From: a virus
Taxonomy: Duplodnaviria > Caudoviricetes
Virus record (IMG/VR): IMGVR_UViG_3300025770_000019
Span: 1-62,375 of that record
DNA length: 62,375 bases
Direction: 5' to 3' (one strand)
Shown: one piece after another, positions 58,356 to 62,375 of the stretch
How the letters are laid out: each line of letters begins with the position of its first letter
Position numbering within the stretch: the first letter of the stretch is position 1
Program-made: the position numbers and the translations under genes
Notes under the pieces: model-generated
What the model saw: the letters and a program-made list of their open reading frames with translations, nothing else
The model's database searches: none
What the model was told of the DNA's origin: nothing

Positions 58356-59822
58356 GTATTTAGACTGAACAACCTCTCGGCGGGTCGAGCGTTTCTGCAC
58401 CCCCCTTACCGCCATGTCGATCACGCTATCCGCATATTGGTTCGCGTCGTGGACGTGGGAAAAGCTGTTTTTGTCTGGTGAGTTCTCTAGTTGACCATCG
58501 CGTTTCTTCTTGTATCGGTATCCATAAATAAACCCTTTAACCAGTTTGTCACAGCATGGGTCAATAAGATACATCGCCTCACCGTCGACCTGCGTCGCTA
58601 ACAACCTCTCCACCGCTTGGATTCTGTAGTCTGGTTTGTTCGACGGTGGTTTAACGCACTCATACCCTGCATTACGCAGCGCGTCGACTAACGTCAGCTC
58701 GTTGAGCTGCTGTTTCATAAACCCCGCAGGGTCAGGTGCGCATATCAACTCACACCCCGGATAGTGCTCGGCCACGTGCGGCGTGAGTTTCAGCCGGATG
58801 AACGTCTCTATCCCCATATTATCCGAGGTAATCTCTGACAGGGTCAGCACCCGCCCACGTGGATCGCGCTGCTTAAACACCGCCGACGGCGTCCGCCCGA
58901 AGTCAACCCCTATAATTATTGGGTAGTCAGTCGTTACACTGGCTGCGAGTTTAGTCAGCGGCCCCTTCGCCACATGGAACTCTTTGTTGAACGACTTGTC
59001 GTACACCGGGGTGCCAGCCAGTGAGCGGCCGTACCGACAGCGTAAATACACATCGACAAAATCCTGAGACTTACCGGGTATGATATCCGGGTAATACAGC
59101 GGGTCTAGGTTGTTGTAGTTGTCCGCTTCCGGATTCACGTACCACTCCGCGTCTTGGGCGTCGGGTATCGCTTCCCCTTCAGGACTTTCCCCGAATTGTG
59201 TGTGCCACTCCTCAGCCGAGTACACAGCTGGCGGCTGCATATGGATCGACCAGTTCTTAGGCGGGTTCTCCATCTTGTCAAAGTGCCACGAATCCTGATC
59301 GGGCATGTTCGTATCGAATATAGCGCCTGACCTCGACGGGCCGCCGTCCTTACCCGATGGATACCGCCGGAGCCGCATTAACAGGCCATCACAGACATCT
59401 GGGTGCAGCTCCCGCCACTCATTACCCCAAAGGAACGTCGCTTCCAGTGATAACGCCTTACGTACGTCATCAGGTGTGTCCAAGGCGATGAACATAAATT
59501 CCGCCTTCATTGTCGTGCCGTCCGGAAGCCTTTGATTCACAAAGTACGTTTTGTTCTGCGAGGCGACATACGTGCCCCACTTCCCCGGTGGGAACCAATC
59601 AAAGAATGTTTTCATCGTCGTCGACTTCAACTGGTCAGCCGTGTTCCGGACTATGAGCGACCTCGTTTTCCGCTCCCCATCAGCATTCGGCGCTTGCAGC
59701 ATGGCGAGTTTCATCAGCTCGTGGCTGGCACACACCGATTTCCCCGACCCAACTGGCCCAGCTATAACACGGACATACTTGTTCGACTCCATCATGTCCC
59801 ACATGGTCTGCGTAGTCTGCAT
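58344..59822 (-). CDS. terL: Terminase large subunit
   Basis: GPVGSGKS, IVRNT, DTNMP, GVDFGRTPS, DPAG, SHVHDANQY. Confidence 0.95.
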   Translation of the reverse strand: MQTTQTMWDMMESNKYVRVIAGPVGSGKSVCASHELMKLAMLQAPNADGERKTRSLIVRNTADQLKSTTMKTFFDWFPPGKWGTYVASQNKTYFVNQRLPDGTTMKAEFMFIALDTPDDVRKALSLEATFLWGNEWRELHPDVCDGLLMRLRRYPSGKDGGPSRSGAIFDTNMPDQDSWHFDKMENPPKNWSIHMQPPAVYSAEEWHTQFGESPEGEAIPDAQDAEWYVNPEADNYNNLDPLYYPDIIPGKSQDFVDVYLRCRYGRSLAGTPVYDKSFNKEFHVAKGPLTKLAASVTTDYPIIIGVDFGRTPSAVFKQRDPRGRVLTLSEITSDNMGIETFIRLKLTPHVAEHYPGCELICAPDPAGFMKQQLNELTLVDALRNAGYECVKPPSNKPDYRIQAVERLLATQVDGEAMYLIDPCCDKLVKGFIYGYRYKKKRDGQLENSPDKNSFSHVHDANQYADSVIDMAVRGVQKRSTRREVVQSKYLYA

Positions 59823-60361
59823 TATGAAGCCTCAAACAAATTTGACGCTGCCGGGGGTAAAATACTCAACGGCTCCACCTCCTCAAACTCCGCGTCTTGG
59901 ACGTCGACGGTCGTCACTGGAGGGGTCGCAACCCCGAAGTTGTGTACAGCTCCGTCAGGCGCAACGATGTTCAGCACCAATTGCGGCCCGGCTGCTCCAG
60001 TTTCGTCGGTTTTCGGCGGTTCGAGTCCGCCGTATTTCACCAGAGTCTTAAAAGCGTCCAGTTGGGTCGACGCCGGAACATCCGCGTCCGCCATCATATG
60101 AACCACGTTATGAACGGAGTTTGTTACCGCCGACCGGCAGCGGGAGCGGAACGCCGTGCCGTCGTCGTCCACCACCTGCTGGGCAATTCTCATGCGGCGG
60201 GTGAACAGGGGGTCGGTTTCGAGAGCCTGTGCTGTGGCCTCATCAATGTCGTAGTTATCGCATATGTCTACGTACGAGTTTACGCCTACCGCAAGGTCTA
60301 TGAAAAATTCTTCCGGTAGAGATTCGATGGACAGTGCTGGCAGTTGCGTCGTGTCTGTCAC
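59822..60361 (-). CDS. Putative terminase small subunit
   Basis: Directly upstream of and coupled to terL; helical core with acidic tail. Confidence 0.65.
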   Translation of the reverse strand: MTDTTQLPALSIESLPEEFFIDLAVGVNSYVDICDNYDIDEATAQALETDPLFTRRMRIAQQVVDDDGTAFRSRCRSAVTNSVHNVVHMMADADVPASTQLDAFKTLVKYGGLEPPKTDETGAAGPQLVLNIVAPDGAVHNFGVATPPVTTVDVQDAEFEEVEPLSILPPAASNLFEAS

Positions 60362-60419
60362 GCTAATTTTTGCCTATGCGACGGGTTTGGAACGAGTGTA
60401 ACCCATTTTACGATTTTTG

Positions 60420-60436
60420 GGACAAATATCGGGACA
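60420..60436. repeat. 17-bp inverted repeat, left arm
   Basis: GGACAAATATCGGGACA is the exact reverse complement of 61832-61848. Confidence 0.9.
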
Positions 60437-60599
60437 GTTTTTTGGTGATGCGCGCGGCGTACATGAGTTTACGTTATTTTGAAAAAATTCCATTTGGTGT
60501 GAGTGCAACGGGTAATGGGTCAAAGCCCCATCACGGCGCGGGGGCCATCCCCCCCTACCCAGTAGACGACGACGCATTACGACCAAACCCCCTTGGTGA

Positions 60600-61050
60600 G
60601 ACGACGAGCATGTGCTTCGGCCCCTTGTCCTCTCCGCGAGGATCGACCGCGAGGTCGTGACGAGGCCGAGTTACGCCTGCCCTTGTGAGGATGCTGCGCG
60701 ATACATAGGCACAGCTACGCCCCATGATCACCGTCCCTACAGGCTAGGTGTACCCGATCATACCGGCGGACACATCCGAGAACCGACCGTCAAAGGTCGG
60801 CGTGTGCCTGAGTGTACGCGACGCGATGGGATTGATTCGCGAAAAGCTGCGGAGCCTTGTGCTTAGTGAACGTCAGCGACCCGAGTAATGGCACTGCTAT
60901 GTCTTGTGAGTAGGGGTGTAATAATCGGGCGGATCAACAATGGGATGATGCCTTGGCACGGCTATGCCCATTGTATTATGGACAAACCCTGCACTGATCC
61001 ACCGTGTAGGGTTTACTTGTGTCTATTCATCTGAGTAGGTGCAACTAAAC
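60600..61050 (+). ncRNA. Candidate large structured RNA (~450 nt)
   Basis: Many local hairpins, nested long-range helices and a possible pseudoknot; G-U pairs valid on the + strand only. Confidence 0.6.
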
Positions 61051-61077
61051 CCTAAACTTAAATGCAAGGAGAGCGAT

Positions 61078-61683
61078 ATGCTCACTACCCAAGAAATCAA
61101 CACCAAAATCACGGGTGTCCGTACTTCTGTCTCTAACCTGCGAACTAACATGCAGGTAGTCTTAGTGAATCTGGCTGGACATACTTACGAGCATGGCGAC
61201 GTGCGTGCAATCAGCGCACTGACTAAACGCCTGCTGGACAACTCACTTCAAGGCGTGGATATCAAGGCTGTTGTCACGTATCTGCGTGACTACTGTTTCG
61301 TGCATCCACAGGAAGATGGAACTGTGAAGCTGAACAAGAAAGCTCGCACTGAAGCTGATTTTGCTGATGGCGACGCTGTTGTGCAGCACCTCATGGCTGA
61401 AGTACCTGCGTGGTATACGAAGGCGCAAACTGTATCGGACGCATTGAAAGACCTGAACGTGCCGAAAAGCATCCTGCGGATTGCTGAAAATGCAGTCAAG
61501 ACAGATAAGGCTGGCAACGTAGCGTTCAACCTCGTTTGTTCACCTCGTGAGCTTGATGAGGCGCTCACTACGCTGGCAACTAACCTGAAGATTCGACGCG
61601 ACAGCGATAACCGTGTCAGCTCGGAGATCAAGGAAGGTCGGCTGATCGAGCAGCGTGAGGAAGGCGTAGCTGTAAACGCCTAA
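61078..61683 (+). CDS. Conserved early phage protein (PHA01782-like)
   Basis: AAGGAG SD before ATG 61078; INTKI...HTYEHGDV...PAWY pattern; codons typical of high expression. Confidence 0.8.
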   Translation: MLTTQEINTKITGVRTSVSNLRTNMQVVLVNLAGHTYEHGDVRAISALTKRLLDNSLQGVDIKAVVTYLRDYCFVHPQEDGTVKLNKKARTEADFADGDAVVQHLMAEVPAWYTKAQTVSDALKDLNVPKSILRIAENAVKTDKAGNVAFNLVCSPRELDEALTTLATNLKIRRDSDNRVSSEIKEGRLIEQREEGVAVNA

Positions 61684-61694
61684 GCGCCAAGTGT

Positions 61695-61722
61695 GGGGAG
61701 TTTCGGCTCCCCTAGCTTGTTT
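61695..61722 (+). terminator. Intrinsic terminator
   Basis: GGGGAGT-TTCG-GCTCCCC followed by TAGCTTGTTT. Confidence 0.7.
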
Positions 61723-61791
61723 ATGTGTACTTATACGAGTAGGCATAAACAAGTTACGCAATACGTAACGCTGTTGGTGTGTAACGCACTT

Positions 61792-62250
61792 CTGGACAAA
61801 AAGCTGGACAGAAATAGCACGTTTTCAAAAGTGTCCCGATATTTGTCCAAGCTACAGGCCACTAGAAATCACACTCTTACTTACTTTAGGACAAAAGGAC
61901 ATTTTTATAGAGAGAGAACGATAATATCTAAGTCACCTAGTGCCTTATTGTGTGAAACGCCACTTCATCATTTAGTGGTTCTTTCCTATATACACCCCCC
62001 TTCTCTCCAGATTTCTGTCCATTTGTCCCAAACACGCGTAACACCATGATATATATAAAGAATAACTTGGACAAAAGTGCTGGACAAAAAGCTGGACAGA
62101 AATGCACCCGCAAATCTGTCCCAATACGCTATACGTGAGCACACAACCACGTTACGCTACTTGTATATATTTACGTATAGCGTAAACTACACCTACCACA
62201 AACTAGTACGGGAGTAACGTACGAGCGAGATATGTTTTCTGGACAAAACG
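61792..62250. repeat. Non-coding array of GGACA/TGTCC motifs including a 24-bp direct repeat (candidate origin or packaging control region)
   Basis: CTGGACAAAAAGCTGGACAGAAAT at 61792-61815 and 62080-62103; further copies on both strands. Confidence 0.8.
61832..61848. repeat. 17-bp inverted repeat, right arm
   Basis: TGTCCCGATATTTGTCC. Confidence 0.9.
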
Positions 62251-62375
62251 CCCCGACATATGAGTGCCGCGCACCCAGAGTAACAACCCAACCCACCACC
62301 AAAAAGGAACGACAATGACAAAGCCAAAGTACAACAAGACACAAGTGAACTTCATCATCTCAAAACTGCGCGAGG
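62219..62375. repeat. Terminal direct repeat, right copy
   Basis: Matches 1-157 with one mismatch. Confidence 0.95.

Noticed and set aside
60370-60866. ORFs 60370..60660, 60374..60586 and 60612..60866
   Set aside because: Weak starts, no SD, atypical composition; base-pairing explains the region better
60600-61050. Group I/II intron or tRNA cluster
   Set aside because: Not interrupting a gene; no group I core, group II domain V or tRNA T-arm pattern recognised by eye, although a covariance search is needed to exclude them
61693-62049. 118-aa ORF
   Set aside because: No SD, starts inside the terminator hairpin and runs through the repeat array
61792-62250. CRISPR or mini-CRISPR array, given the Cas4-like nuclease
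   Set aside because: Repeats are short, on both strands and irregularly spaced, with no repeat-spacer periodicity; the nuclease sits in the usual replication module

Overview
The window appears to be a complete ~62.2-kb dsDNA tailed-phage genome. Bases 1-157 are repeated at 62219-62375 with one mismatch. It is most likely a podovirus of a Gram-negative host: ejection-type proteins are present, there is no tape-measure or tail-tube gene, and it has a GH108 endolysin plus a lipoprotein. No integrase, tRNA, CRISPR array or reverse transcriptase was recognised. The + strand (61078 through the join to 18901) carries small early genes, a DUF3150-like / MoxR-like AAA / metallopeptidase-vWA module, and a replication module (family A polymerase, Cas4-like nuclease, VRR-NUC, SNF2 helicase, SSB-like protein, primase-helicase, HNH). 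The - strand (60361 to 18903) carries terminase, portal, an ~8-kb inserted cassette of LamG-like and accessory structural genes, scaffold, capsid, adaptors, fibres, lysis, tail and ejection proteins. The most striking unexplained feature lies between terS and the early genes: a ~450-nt, heavily base-paired, + strand RNA-like element followed by a conserved-looking early gene and a terminator, all bracketed by a perfect 17-bp inverted repeat and adjoining an array of GGACA motifs. Other leads are a promoter-driven hairpin RNA with an exposed anti-Shine-Dalgarno loop, a coding-like -1 frame after the capsid gene, and a shared C-terminal motif in three cassette proteins. All family assignments are by motif recognition only; no searches or folding programs were run.
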